24,000 bases of DNA from Fidelibacterota bacterium (GCA_014239435.1 JAAZYX010000033.1:64871-88870), one strand, 5' to 3'; numbered from the stretch's first letter, positions 9,441 to 18,595 are shown. The notes: a model not told the origin generated them from the sequence alone. Program-made: numbers and translations.

Positions 9441-10063
9441 GATTCCATCCCCTGTTTTGTTACTTCAAAAAGAGAAATATATTTATTCGGCATAAAAACA
9501 GACCTCCTTACCCTGATTTTCGTATCCATCGGATTTTGATCGCTCACGTCCGTTTCCACAGAAAAAATTAATTCCAAATTCCAGGTAGCTTCGGCATATC
9601 GTTGAAGCTCAGGTCTTTCTTCCATTCTTTGATCTGCCTTAAATGTTTCAAGCCTTACAATCCGCTGGCCGTTATCACGAAAGCGGCCTTTCCGGGGAAA
9701 TCCGAGCGTACCTCCAACAGGATTTCTTCCATCAAACTGAATCCCATCTAGCGCATGTCCGGAAATGACGATATTGGATTCATTACCAAGTTTATCATAC
9801 TGGTAAAGACGAAGCCGAGCATAGCCATTGGCAAAATCTCTCTCGATAAATCTTGATGTACTAATTTCGTGCATTATTTCCCGCATCACCGCCTGCCCAT
9901 ACTGGCGGACTTCGAGCAAAACCGAATCATTCTGATAATGAAATAGAATAGCCCGCACGCCCATTGAAAGACCCACCACCATTATTCCAATCACTGTGAT
10001 GGATGTAACCAATTCAATGAGAGTCAATCCAGAAGAGCTGCGTTTCACCCAAGAAAACTTCAT
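9437..10063 (-). CDS. Minor (pseudo)pilin with a prepilin-type N-terminal cleavage/methylation motif.
   Basis: 208 aa. MKFSWVKRSSSG|LTLIELVTSITVIGIMVV matches the G-[FL]-T-L-I-E class III signal. It has an ATGA overlap with the upstream gene. Confidence 0.8.
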   Translation of the reverse strand: MKFSWVKRSSSGLTLIELVTSITVIGIMVVGLSMGVRAILFHYQNDSVLLEVRQYGQAVMREIMHEISTSRFIERDFANGYARLRLYQYDKLGNESNIVISGHALDGIQFDGRNPVGGTLGFPRKGRFRDNGQRIVRLETFKADQRMEERPELQRYAEATWNLELIFSVETDVSDQNPMDTKIRVRRSVFMPNKYISLFEVTKQGMES

Positions 10064-10512
10064 AGTGGAAACTCCAGCATCACCATTTCAACTTCGCGCG
10101 TTTTCGTAACGTTATGTCTCGCAGATGTAAAATCTTGCCAGGTAATCCATGCTTTAAATCTATACCGATCCATTCCGCCGGTCGAATCAGCTGGTTCTTT
10201 GTGAATAGGGTCGTAGAAAATTTTCGCTTCGATTCTATCCGGATTTTCATCGTCCCCTAAAAGGAAAACCTTTTCACCATCTAAATTTCCGCCCCTCTCA
10301 ATACCGGATAAGCGTCCGTCGGCAATGCGGCCTTTCATGCCTTCCACAAAACTTAGTAATTCTTCAGTGGCGCGCTCCCGAATCTCAAGTGCCTGCAGTT
10401 CTCCTCTGGCATGCACAGCGCCAAGCATCAATCCGAATGCCGCCACACTTACAATTATAACAGCAATCAGCACCTCGATGAAAGTAAACCCGGTTGAAGT
10501 TTTCAATTTCAT
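10060..10512 (-). CDS. Minor (pseudo)pilin with a prepilin-type N-terminal cleavage/methylation motif.
   Basis: 150 aa. MKLKTSTG|FTFIEVLIAVIIVSVAAFGL is a class III signal peptide. The start abuts the pilT stop. Confidence 0.8.
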   Translation of the reverse strand: MKLKTSTGFTFIEVLIAVIIVSVAAFGLMLGAVHARGELQALEIRERATEELLSFVEGMKGRIADGRLSGIERGGNLDGEKVFLLGDDENPDRIEAKIFYDPIHKEPADSTGGMDRYRFKAWITWQDFTSARHNVTKTREVEMVMLEFPL

Positions 10513-11565
10513 TTACAGAACTTTAGATTCAAACAGTTTAGGATTTTCGGCCAATCCAGCAGCCTGAGACCGATCAATCAGCGCCTGCGTTACAAGCCTT
10601 TGCAAATCCTGATCCAGTGTTTGCATCCCATCTACGCCTCCGGACTGCATTACAGATGGAATTTGGTAAATCCTATCCTCGCGAATCAGGTTTCGAATCG
10701 CAGTTGTCGCTATCAGGATTTCCAGCGCAGGGACTCTACTTTTGCCATCTTTTGACGGCAATAATTTTTGAGAAATAACGGCTTCTAAACTTTCGGACAG
10801 CATTGAACGAATTTGGCTTTTCTGACTTGCCGGAAAAATATCAATAATCCTATCCACCGCTTTTACCGAGCTGGATGTATGCAAAGTAGACAATACAAGG
10901 TGGCCCGTTTCAGCGGCTGTAAGCGCGAGTGAAATGGTATCGAGGTCACGCATTTCACCCACCAAAATCACATCCGGATCTTCACGAAGGGCCGCTCTTA
11001 ACGCATTTGCAAAACTGTGTGTCGTTAGTCCTAACTCTCTCTGGTTGATGAGGCATTGGCTTGAACGATGAAAATATTCAACCGGGTCTTCGATCGTAAT
11101 AATATGCTTTGATTTATTTTGATTGACATGATCCACCATGGCGGCAAGCGTCGTACTCTTTCCCGATCCGGTTGGACCCGTAAGGAGGACCAAGCCATTT
11201 TCAAGCATTGCTAAATTCGCAAGAACTGGCGGAAGACCGAGCTCTTCAAATCCTTTTGGGACTTCAGAAATTGTCCTGAATACGCCTGCAAGACCGCTGA
11301 TTTGGTGAAAGAAATTCACACGGAATCTTCCCTGACCATCTAATTTATAAGACAGGTCAATTTCCTTGTCTTCCCGGTAGCGGCTGATTTGATCTTCTTC
11401 CATTACTTGAGGAAGAATAGTTTCCATATCCGTTTCTTCTAAGGCTGGCATGTTCAACGGTTTCATTGTACCGTTAATCCGAACCATGGGTATGGACCCC
11501 GTACTTAAATGCAAATCCGACGCACCGCTATCGAGCGCGTACGTTAGTAATTCATTAATGTTCAT
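10513..11565 (-). CDS. pilT: Twitching-motility retraction ATPase PilT.
   Basis: 350 aa. It shows ASDLHLSTGSIPMVRINGTM, Walker A GPTGSGKSTT, IITIEDPVE, the Asp box LREDPDVILVGEMRD, and TGHLVLSTLHT (His box). Length and motifs are classic PilT. Confidence 0.95.
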   Translation of the reverse strand: MNINELLTYALDSGASDLHLSTGSIPMVRINGTMKPLNMPALEETDMETILPQVMEEDQISRYREDKEIDLSYKLDGQGRFRVNFFHQISGLAGVFRTISEVPKGFEELGLPPVLANLAMLENGLVLLTGPTGSGKSTTLAAMVDHVNQNKSKHIITIEDPVEYFHRSSQCLINQRELGLTTHSFANALRAALREDPDVILVGEMRDLDTISLALTAAETGHLVLSTLHTSSSVKAVDRIIDIFPASQKSQIRSMLSESLEAVISQKLLPSKDGKSRVPALEILIATTAIRNLIREDRIYQIPSVMQSGGVDGMQTLDQDLQRLVTQALIDRSQAAGLAENPKLFESKVL

Positions 11566-11571
11566 AAAATT

Positions 11572-11979
11572 CTATTCGCGTTTCTTGGTTCCGTAACCCG
11601 TGTATTGGCCCGTCTCCGCATTGTATTCAACAACCTTACCCTCTCCGCCTTCCATTTCGCTGGTGCTGGTGGCGAGGACGCGTTCCGGCATTTGGATTTC
11701 GAAGATCCATTGCCGTTTCGTTGCGCGGTCAATATTGAGCTGTCCCGCACGCTCAATTTCTTCAACATCCCCCGGCCATTCACCATACGTCTGGCGGTAC
11801 ATTTTGGCTCCGTTCGTAATACTACCGATGACTGATTTCGCTTCCGATGCACGGGCACTTTCGACATAATCAATATAAATCGGCACAGCCACTGCGGCCA
11901 AGATAGCAACAATAACAACCACTACCATTATCTCGATCATAGTGAAACCTTTGGTACAATATTTTTTCATCTTATTCAT
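11572..11979 (-). CDS. pilA: Major type IV pilin (PilA-like).
   Basis: I prefer the ATG at 11979, with AGGA about 9 nt upstream. This gives MNKMKKYCTKG|FTMIEIMVVVVIVAILAAVAVPIYIDYVESARASEAK, a short leader, G-F-T-M-I-E and a hydrophobic alpha1 helix. The track ORF starting at 12090 adds 37 non-pilin residues. An alternative start is the ATG at 11970. Confidence 0.85.
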   Translation of the reverse strand: MNKMKKYCTKGFTMIEIMVVVVIVAILAAVAVPIYIDYVESARASEAKSVIGSITNGAKMYRQTYGEWPGDVEEIERAGQLNIDRATKRQWIFEIQMPERVLATSTSEMEGGEGKVVEYNAETGQYTGYGTKKRE

Positions 11980-12127
11980 GGTCTTTTTCCTGTTCGTTGG
12001 TGAATGAGTTTTATTTGGTTCAAATAAAGTCGAGAAATTTACAAAATTTTCCTGACTTCTACTAACGAGTGCCCTGCTGGACTTTTGCATTGGTTTTTCT
12101 CCCTAATTCAAAGGACATTAACGAGCG

Positions 12128-12143
12128 GACAATTGAGATGCCA
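12128..12143 (-). promoter_or_regulatory. Candidate sigma54 (-24/-12) promoter for the pilin operon.
   Basis: The minus strand reads TGGCAT-CTCAA-TTGTC against the consensus TGGCAC-N5-TTGCW. The GG and TTG are correctly spaced, but the conserved -12 C is T. It lies about 150 nt upstream of the pilA ATG. pilA is sigma54-dependent in several studied bacteria. This is a pattern match only. Confidence 0.3.
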
Positions 12144-12158
12144 ACAGTATTTTACTCG

Positions 12159-12418
12159 TCAATAATAGACGGTGAATTTCTTAACCGTAATCGCAAGCTG
12201 ATGTTCGTCCGGTGAACTCGCCTTTGAATAAGCTCGGGGTGGTTCTTTCTTCCCCTTTTCATCTTCAAGAAATGCCGTCCATCTATCCAGCGCATGAAAC
12301 TGATGCGGATCTATGGTCAAAAAATGTCCGGGCTCATAATCGAGATGGTCGTTTCCTGTATTACATCTGCGACCATGACTTCCAGTGTTTTGGTTTTCTT
12401 GCTCGCTTTATTGTCCAT
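12159..12418 (-). pseudogene. Remnant of the C-terminus of an alpha/beta-hydrolase; no usable start in the main frame.
   Basis: An 82-codon minus-strand frame (12159-12407) is open and contains no ATG, GTG or TTG before its catalytic-His motif. It reads ...GNDHLDYEPGHFLTIDPHQFHALDRWTAFLEDEKG..., which resembles the G-x-H-F/Y-[LI]-x-x-D-x-P...F-L C-terminus of the haloalkane-dehalogenase/epoxide-hydrolase type. A 33-codon ATG ORF in another frame (12317-12418, MDNKASKKTKTLEVMVADVIQ...) starts 3 nt after the pip stop. It may be the frameshifted upstream part. Confidence 0.3.
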
Positions 12419-12421
12419 GAT

Positions 12422-13387
12422 TTATAGTGCGGAAAATTTCTCGGTTGCTTCGATCAATTTTGATTTGATTCCCGGTTCTGTCATGGAATGGCCTGCATCC
12501 TGAATGATATGGAAATCCGCCTCCGGCCATGCTGTGTGGAGATCCCAAGCCGAGGTCATAGGGCAAACAACATCATACCTCCCCTGAATAATTACAGCTG
12601 GAATGTGCCGAATTTTTTCGATATCCTGAAGAAGTTGATCTTCCGGATTAAACCAGCCGCCATTCACAAAAAAGTGGCATTCGATACGAGCAAATGCCTC
12701 CGCAAATTCATCCTGCCCAAATCGTTCTACTAAATTTGGATCGGAATATAATTTGCTGGTTGCACCTTCCCAAATTGCCCATGCTCGTGCCGCTTCCAGC
12801 CTTTGCTTCGAATCTTCCGATGTCAGTCTTGTGTAAAATGCGGATAACAAATCACCTCGTTCTGCGCTGGGAATCGGTTTGATATAATGCTCAAATGCAT
12901 CCGGATAAATTTCACTGGCACCTTTCTGATAAAACCATTCAAGTTCCTTTTTCCTCAGCATGAAAATTCCTCTTAAAATTAGTCCTTTCACGCGATTAGG
13001 ATGGGCTTGGGAATAGGCCAATGCCAATGTACTTCCCCAACTCCCTCCAAATACCACCCAGGAATTTATTCCCAGTTTTTCTCTGACTTTTTCAATATCA
13101 GCCACAAGGTCCCATGTTGTGTTTTCTTTCAGTTCGGCAAATGGAGTACTTTCCCCGCATCCACGCTGATCAATCAGAATCAACCGCCATTTCTCAGGAT
13201 GGAAATATTGGCTGTAAAAAGGTTCAATTCCCCCTCCCGGCCCGCCATGGAGAAAAACCACAGGTTTTCCGTTTGCATTACCGGTTTCTGACACATGAAT
13301 CGTATGTAATTCCGAAACATCCAGATTAAAAGTATTCAAAGAATCAATAGGCGGAAATAATTCCAATCCTTTAGAATTTGAGGTCAT
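12422..13387 (-). CDS. pip: Proline iminopeptidase (prolyl aminopeptidase, S33 alpha/beta-hydrolase).
   Basis: 321 aa. It shows VVFLHGGPGGG, the nucleophile elbow VVFGGSWGSTLALAY, and the C-terminal IIQDAGHS catalytic His. Length and motif order match Pip. It has an ATGA overlap with the upstream gene. Confidence 0.9.
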   Translation of the reverse strand: MTSNSKGLELFPPIDSLNTFNLDVSELHTIHVSETGNANGKPVVFLHGGPGGGIEPFYSQYFHPEKWRLILIDQRGCGESTPFAELKENTTWDLVADIEKVREKLGINSWVVFGGSWGSTLALAYSQAHPNRVKGLILRGIFMLRKKELEWFYQKGASEIYPDAFEHYIKPIPSAERGDLLSAFYTRLTSEDSKQRLEAARAWAIWEGATSKLYSDPNLVERFGQDEFAEAFARIECHFFVNGGWFNPEDQLLQDIEKIRHIPAVIIQGRYDVVCPMTSAWDLHTAWPEADFHIIQDAGHSMTEPGIKSKLIEATEKFSAL

Positions 13388-13905
13388 GAGGCATTTCCTT
13401 CTTCAGCGAGTATCAATTCATCGGATAATTCTAAAATTCTGTTTTTCAAATTTACATCTGAGATTGTGTCATCCGTAAAACCGGCTTTTGTCGTATAAAC
13501 ATACCGCGGGATTATCCGGCATCTGAAATCAAGCATTAAACTGTTTAGAAACGGCATAGGACTCATATAGCTTCCTTGTCCGCCGGCGGAACACGCCAAG
13601 CCGATGGACTTTCCTTCCCACGCTTTTCCGGTTAATTCAACTAGATTTTTCAAAACGGCATTAACATCATAATTGTACACAGGCGACGCGCATAGGATTG
13701 TGTCCGCTGCGAGAATCTTTTTCTTGATATCCAGTACGTTTTGATCTGAATAGCAAGCATCGCCATCGCAAAATGGAAGAGAAATATCCTGTAAATCGAG
13801 AAATTCTGTTTCTTGTTTTTTCCCCGTCAGAATGTTAAAAACAGATAGCGCAACAATTCGGCTGCTGCTGTTTGGATTTAGGCTGGCACTAATAATGAGT
13901 ATCAT
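13384..13905 (-). CDS. NAD(P)H-dependent FMN reductase / flavodoxin-like fold protein.
   Basis: 173 aa. MILIISASLNPNSSSRIVA...ADTILCASPVYNYDVNAVLKNLVE fits the FMN_red family pattern (SxR phosphate loop, PxYN). AGGAAA lies 4 nt upstream of the ATG. Confidence 0.7.
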   Translation of the reverse strand: MILIISASLNPNSSSRIVALSVFNILTGKKQETEFLDLQDISLPFCDGDACYSDQNVLDIKKKILAADTILCASPVYNYDVNAVLKNLVELTGKAWEGKSIGLACSAGGQGSYMSPMPFLNSLMLDFRCRIIPRYVYTTKAGFTDDTISDVNLKNRILELSDELILAEEGNAS

Positions 13906-13932
13906 AAATTTCCTTTCAAATCTGTGAAAACT

Positions 13933-14157
13933 TTAATTTTTCCAGTAAGATTCTATCCACCCGTAATAATGATTCAATTTCACACTATCATTGTTTTCTT
14001 TAAACCAATTTCCAATTTGATGGATTGGATCGGATGTACTCTGTAATTCTCTCGAATGCAGATTCGTTCCGAACGATGTGTTCATAATAATTTCTTTGCT
14101 AAACCATTGTAGAGGCGCGATATTTATCCATCCTACATTTGTATTCACGACAACCAC
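13933..14157 (-). CDS. Hypothetical small protein; start uncertain.
   Basis: A 74-codon ORF with a GTG start that overlaps the yifB 3' end by 13 nt. An internal ATG at 14085 would give 50 aa. I recognise no motif and see no clear RBS. Confidence 0.3.
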   Translation of the reverse strand: MVVVNTNVGWINIAPLQWFSKEIIMNTSFGTNLHSRELQSTSDPIHQIGNWFKENNDSVKLNHYYGWIESYWKN

Positions 14158-15686
14158 AATTTTCGATCAAGGCTGCGGTACTGAATCGCTTCGCTTACAT
14201 GTTGTGGACTGATTTTTTCGGAAGATTCTAAATCTGCGATGGTCCGGGATACTTTTAATATCCGATCGTATGCCCGTGCTGAAAGTCCCAGTTTTTCCAT
14301 GGCCGTTTTCAGCAAATCTGATGCTTCTTTCCCGAGTTTGCAGTCATCAGCGATATCCTTGGATTCCATCTGCGCATTGGAAAAAATGGATTCTCTTCCC
14401 TCAAACCTTTTGAGCTGAACATTGCGCGTACTCTGCACTCTTTTTTGCACAAATTTGGATGCTTCTCCGCTTTCTTTTTCTGATAATTCATCAAAGGAAA
14501 TTGCAGGCACTTCAATGTGAATATCAATGCGGTCCATCAGCGGGCCCGAAATTCTGCTCATGTATTTTTGAATCAATTGCGGATTGCAGGTGCATTCGTT
14601 CTTCGGATCGGTGGCATAGCCGCACGGACACGGATTCATAGCCGCGACCAGCATAAAATTGGATGGATAGGTTAATGACATGGTTGCGCGCGCAATGGTT
14701 ACCGACCCGTCCTCCAGCGGCTGTCGCATAACCTCCAGAACATTTTTCTTAAATTCCGGAAGTTCATCTAAAAATAAAACGCCATTGTGCGCAAGGCTGA
14801 CTTCGCCCGGTTTCGGAACCGTTCCGCCGCCAATCAGGCCTGCGTCCGAAATGGTGTGATGCGGCGAGCGGTAGGGACGCGTCGCAATCAATCCCTGTCC
14901 ATCGGGAAGCAATCCGGACACCGAATGGATTTTTGTTGTCTGCAGGGCTTCTTCAAGCGCAAGGTCAGGGAGAATAGTCGGAAGCCGTTTTGCGAGCATT
15001 GTTTTTCCGCTTCCGGGAGGACCAATCATGATGACGTTATGTCCTCCGGCTGCCGCCACTTCCACCGCTCGCTTCACATGTTCCTGTCCTTTTACATCCG
15101 CAAAATCCAGATCGTATTTCTTCTGCTCATTAAACAATTTCTGCCGGTCTACTTTGACGGGATCCATCGTCATTTTTCCATTTAACAGCGCCGCCACTTC
15201 CGCGAGCGAATCCACACCTGCCACTTTGATTCCATCCACTATTCCGGCTTCCTGTGCATTTTCATTCGGAAGAATGATTCCCTTAATTCTCTCTTTGACA
15301 GCATTGATGGCTATGGGTAAGGCGCCTTTGATTGGGCGCAGAGAACCATCTAACGCAAGCTCACCGAGCAACAGTAAATTGTTGAGGAAATTCCCTTTTA
15401 CGGCGCCGGTTGCAGCGAGAATTCCCACGGCAATTGGAAGGTCAAATGCGGAGCCTTCTTTCCGGATGTCCGCCGGTGCGAGGTTGATGGTAATATGTTT
15501 GTGCGGCAATATAAAATCGCTGTTGCGAATAGCCGCCGTTACGCGTTCTTTGCTTTCTTTCACTGCGCCTTCCGGCAAGCCAACGGTAATGAATTTGGGT
15601 AATTGCGCGCCGCTCAGGTTTGCTTCAACTTCTACAATATATGCATTAATTCCGAGGACAGCGCTGCTGAGAACCTTGGATACCAT
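14145..15686 (-). CDS. yifB: YifB/ComM family Mg-chelatase-like AAA+ ATPase.
   Basis: 513 aa. It has an N-terminal Lon-protease-like ChlI domain ([34 protein letters not shown]), Walker [14 protein letters not shown], Walker [11 protein letters not shown] and a CPCG...C..C zinc-ribbon-like insert. The C-terminal domain is typical of ComM/YifB. Confidence 0.92.
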   Translation of the reverse strand: MVSKVLSSAVLGINAYIVEVEANLSGAQLPKFITVGLPEGAVKESKERVTAAIRNSDFILPHKHITINLAPADIRKEGSAFDLPIAVGILAATGAVKGNFLNNLLLLGELALDGSLRPIKGALPIAINAVKERIKGIILPNENAQEAGIVDGIKVAGVDSLAEVAALLNGKMTMDPVKVDRQKLFNEQKKYDLDFADVKGQEHVKRAVEVAAAGGHNVIMIGPPGSGKTMLAKRLPTILPDLALEEALQTTKIHSVSGLLPDGQGLIATRPYRSPHHTISDAGLIGGGTVPKPGEVSLAHNGVLFLDELPEFKKNVLEVMRQPLEDGSVTIARATMSLTYPSNFMLVAAMNPCPCGYATDPKNECTCNPQLIQKYMSRISGPLMDRIDIHIEVPAISFDELSEKESGEASKFVQKRVQSTRNVQLKRFEGRESIFSNAQMESKDIADDCKLGKEASDLLKTAMEKLGLSARAYDRILKVSRTIADLESSEKISPQHVSEAIQYRSLDRKLWLS

Positions 15687-15878
15687 CTAGTTGCAGGTGA
15701 AGAATCCTTTGATGGCTAGGTACGGAATCAGGATGTACAAAATAGAATCTCTAATGAGGTAATAGAGGAAAAAGGCAGCGAGCACCACCCAGCCTTTTTG
15801 TTTGATCAGAAATTTATAGCCGCCCTCCCGCCGAATTGCACCCCATTCTTCCAGGAATCGAGGCCGGTAAAATGACAT
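15687..15878 (-). CDS. Small hypothetical membrane protein.
   Basis: 63 aa with two hydrophobic segments (WVVLAAFFLYYLI, ILYILIPYLAI). The start overlaps the upstream stop (TGATG) and the stop abuts the yifB start, which suggests co-translation in the operon. Confidence 0.5.
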   Translation of the reverse strand: MSFYRPRFLEEWGAIRREGGYKFLIKQKGWVVLAAFFLYYLIRDSILYILIPYLAIKGFFTCN

Positions 15879-16321
15879 CAGTCGTCGTCCGGTTTTATTT
15901 TATCGAATTTCATTTTTTCGTACTTGTCCCAGAGCGTTTCGCCGGAAGTTTGCTGAAAGCGGAACGCAAATGACATGGCCTCAAAAAATGGACGGTTCAC
16001 ATATTCTTCGTGACTGTAATATTCATCAATCCACACAACAAACTGGCTGATTTCTTCTTCTTTGAGCTTGTCAAAAATACCGTAAACAAGTTCGGCCCTG
16101 TTCTCGTAATACCACGTTGTTACTTCATCATATCCGCGCTGCTTGATAAGATCCTGATGCGTTTCATACACTTGAGTCAAATAAGAAAAAAGGTAGAGTT
16201 CCTTTTCTCCCGGCGTCAGTGTTTTCCAGTATGCTACCGCTGGGGACAGTGTTTCGGGTACCGGTTTGTCCTGAGAAAATGCACACGTTGAGATCAACAA
16301 TAAACTTATGAGAATTCTCAT
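15878..16321 (-). CDS. Hypothetical secreted protein.
   Basis: 147 aa. It has a signal peptide MRILISLLLISTCAFSQ and an ATGA overlap with the ispG stop. I recognise no family. Confidence 0.65.
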   Translation of the reverse strand: MRILISLLLISTCAFSQDKPVPETLSPAVAYWKTLTPGEKELYLFSYLTQVYETHQDLIKQRGYDEVTTWYYENRAELVYGIFDKLKEEEISQFVVWIDEYYSHEEYVNRPFFEAMSFAFRFQQTSGETLWDKYEKMKFDKIKPDDD

Positions 16322-17403
16322 GATTCTTCTCCTTCTTCCGCGACCTCTTTTTCATAATCTGAGATCATTTCTTCCAATTTTTCCATGGCCGCCTCTTCGC
16401 TGACCTTTCCGATGTTTTCGCCTTTATAATACAAATGTCCCGCGCCTTTCCCAAAAGCAATTCCAAGATCGGTGTGTTCCGCCTCGCCTGGCCCGTTTAC
16501 CGCACAGCCCATCAGCGCAACACTCATGGGGGTTTTCACTTTTTTGAATCTTTCTTCCATGTCACCGGCAATCTTGAAGAGATCCACTTCGAGCCGTCCG
16601 CAGGTCGGGCAGGCAACGACTGTAACGCCTTTGGTCGCGAGCCCAAGTGATTTCAATATTTCATAACCGCAATGCACTTCTTCCACGGGATCGTCCGTAA
16701 GGCTTACGCGAATTGTGTCGCCAATCCCTTCCTTTAAAAGTGTTCCCAATCCAACGGCAGATTTGATGCTGCCTGCTTTGGTCGGCCCAGCTTCGGTCAC
16801 GCCCAAGTGTGTGGGATAATCAAATTCTTTGGCGAATAATCGGTAGGCATCAATCATCAGATTTACGTCCGATGCTTTCAGGGAAACAATAATATCTTCA
16901 AAATCGTGCTCTTTACAAATATCTATATGGCGCCTTGCGCTTTCCACCATTGCCTCCGCAGTTGGATAGCCGTATTTCTCGATTAAATCCCGCTCAAGAC
17001 TGCCGGCATTTACGCCGATACGAATCGGAAGATTGGCGCCTTTTACTTTTTCGAGCACTTCCTTCACGCGCGCCTTTCCACCGATATTCCCGGGATTGAT
17101 TCGAATCTTATCCGCGCCGGCATCCACGGCCTCGAGTGCCATACGATAATTAAAATGAATATCGGCGACTAGGGGAACGGTCATGTGTTTTTTGATTTCC
17201 GGCAGCGCCTTGGCAGCTTTTTCATCGGGAACCGTGATCCGGATAATTTGGCAGTCTGCTGCTTCCAAACGATCCACTTCCTTCAGCGTCGCCTTGATGT
17301 CATGCGTCTTGGTGGTTGTCATGGACTGCACCGGAATCGCAGCGCCACCGCCGATAGGAACATCGCCTACCATTACTTTTCGTGTTTCGTGCCGTTCAAT
17401 CAT
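16318..17403 (-). CDS. ispG: 4-hydroxy-3-methylbut-2-en-1-yl diphosphate synthase (MEP pathway).
   Basis: 361 aa. It shows VGDVPIGGGAPIPVQSMT-like (VGDVPIGGGAAIPVQSMTTT), IRINPGNIG, VACPTCGR and MGCAVNGPGE. These are the [4Fe-4S] Cys motifs characteristic of GcpE/IspG. Confidence 0.95.
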   Translation of the reverse strand: MIERHETRKVMVGDVPIGGGAAIPVQSMTTTKTHDIKATLKEVDRLEAADCQIIRITVPDEKAAKALPEIKKHMTVPLVADIHFNYRMALEAVDAGADKIRINPGNIGGKARVKEVLEKVKGANLPIRIGVNAGSLERDLIEKYGYPTAEAMVESARRHIDICKEHDFEDIIVSLKASDVNLMIDAYRLFAKEFDYPTHLGVTEAGPTKAGSIKSAVGLGTLLKEGIGDTIRVSLTDDPVEEVHCGYEILKSLGLATKGVTVVACPTCGRLEVDLFKIAGDMEERFKKVKTPMSVALMGCAVNGPGEAEHTDLGIAFGKGAGHLYYKGENIGKVSEEAAMEKLEEMISDYEKEVAEEGEES

Positions 17404-17441
17404 AGACTATAAAGTTACCGGTGACAGAACACAACCTCCAA

Positions 17442-18560
17442 TCACTTCGCATAGGTAAATGGTTTTTGAATAAACGCTTCCGCATCGCGCATGGCCTGCG
17501 TCATGTTATCCAATTCCATGCAGCTCCGGTAGGATTGAACTGCACCTTTTCGCTCTCCTCTTAAGTCGAGTAATTTCCCTTTTAACAGAAACGTTTCGCC
17601 CAGAATAATATCCAATTCCGCTCTGTAAGATGAAATAGTTTGATTCGCATATCGCAACGAAACATCTTGATTTCCGGAATGAAAATGATACAGCGCCCAT
17701 TCAAAATTCAGATATCCTGTAAACCACTCTTGCTGAATTTCGGTAAGTGATTCGATGGATGCATTAAGGATTGTTAAAGAAGTAAATGCTTCATCCAGTT
17801 TCCCGTTGCGAATTAGGCTTTCGGTAAACATAATTCTGTAATAAAAATTTTTGGGATACGCCTGTACCAATTTGCGAGATATTATTTCCGCTTCTTCAGG
17901 ATTTCTGTCAGACCATAAATAGATAAAAGAAAGTATTGCGCTCGCTTCTGTCCAAGCCCACGGTCCTTCTTCTGCCGCTTTACGAATTTTTATTAGTCCT
18001 GATTCGCGTGATGCATCCAGCCCAAACAAGCCAGCGGCAAACTGAATAAGTCCATGGCTCATGCCGGCAAAATATTCCACGATGCCGATCGGAAGATTTG
18101 CATCCACAAGCGTCGAATCTTTCTCAGCCACATCTTGAATTATCCTGAAACCACGGTATGCGTTAGATAAGGTATTTACCCATTCCTTTTTTCCCAGACT
18201 AATGCGCGCCTTTAAACCCAGCGCAGACCCGTAATACAGGCGTATTTCCTGATTGTCAGGATTCATTTCCATCAGCAATTCATACACCGGAATGATTTCG
18301 TTTAAATCTGTTTCAAGCGTTTGGTAGGCGATTTCGGTCGAACTATTATATTGAGAGTCCAGCCATTTTGATGCTGCCCAAATCAGATGAATTCCGGGGT
18401 GATCTGAAAATTCTTCGCGTGCATTTCCCAATTTTTCAACTGCCAAATCTGTTTCATAATTATAAAAAGCACGAACGCCTTCACGGACTTTTTCATCGGC
18501 AGGATGCACTGCAAAAAGAATGGAAAAATACAGCAGCAAGAAAATGGATTTCTGTTTCAT
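17442..18560 (-). CDS. Secreted TPR-like helical-repeat protein, function unknown.
   Basis: 372 aa with a signal peptide MKQKSIFLLLYFSILFAV. The composition is alpha-helical repeats with TPR-like A/Y/L spacing (FLLKGKLLDLRGERKGAVQSYRSCMELD). Confidence 0.7.
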   Translation of the reverse strand: MKQKSIFLLLYFSILFAVHPADEKVREGVRAFYNYETDLAVEKLGNAREEFSDHPGIHLIWAASKWLDSQYNSSTEIAYQTLETDLNEIIPVYELLMEMNPDNQEIRLYYGSALGLKARISLGKKEWVNTLSNAYRGFRIIQDVAEKDSTLVDANLPIGIVEYFAGMSHGLIQFAAGLFGLDASRESGLIKIRKAAEEGPWAWTEASAILSFIYLWSDRNPEEAEIISRKLVQAYPKNFYYRIMFTESLIRNGKLDEAFTSLTILNASIESLTEIQQEWFTGYLNFEWALYHFHSGNQDVSLRYANQTISSYRAELDIILGETFLLKGKLLDLRGERKGAVQSYRSCMELDNMTQAMRDAEAFIQKPFTYAK

Positions 18561-18595
18561 GGAATTATACTAAAAAAGTTGTAAAAGAAATGCGC

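Noticed and set aside
11562-12090. A 118-aa ORF (11562-11918) and the long 172-aa version of the pilin ORF (start 12090).
   Set aside because: The 118-aa ORF is an off-frame overlap of pilA. The 172-aa version would place 48 residues before the G|FTMIE cleavage site, whereas the ATG at 11979 gives a normal short leader and has an RBS.
12212-12503. Two plus-strand ORFs (71 aa and 69 aa) in or next to the pip-pilA gap.
   Set aside because: They have no RBS and no motifs. One runs antisense into pip. The minus-strand frame in the same region carries a recognisable hydrolase His motif.
15028-15690. A 220-aa plus-strand ORF. Other plus-strand ORFs are similar (for example 6880-7326, 6983-7438, 14787-15185, 18368-18847, 21334-21852, 23356-23787).
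   Set aside because: All lie fully antisense to minus-strand genes with strong family motifs. Their products are low-complexity or Ser/Pro/Cys/Arg-biased shadow frames with no recognisable motifs.
17404-17441. The promoter-like TTGTGT-N17-TATAGT upstream of ispG.
   Set aside because: The -10 ends only 2 nt before the annotated ATG, so it cannot drive that start codon unless ispG begins at the internal Met. The evidence is too weak to report as a feature.
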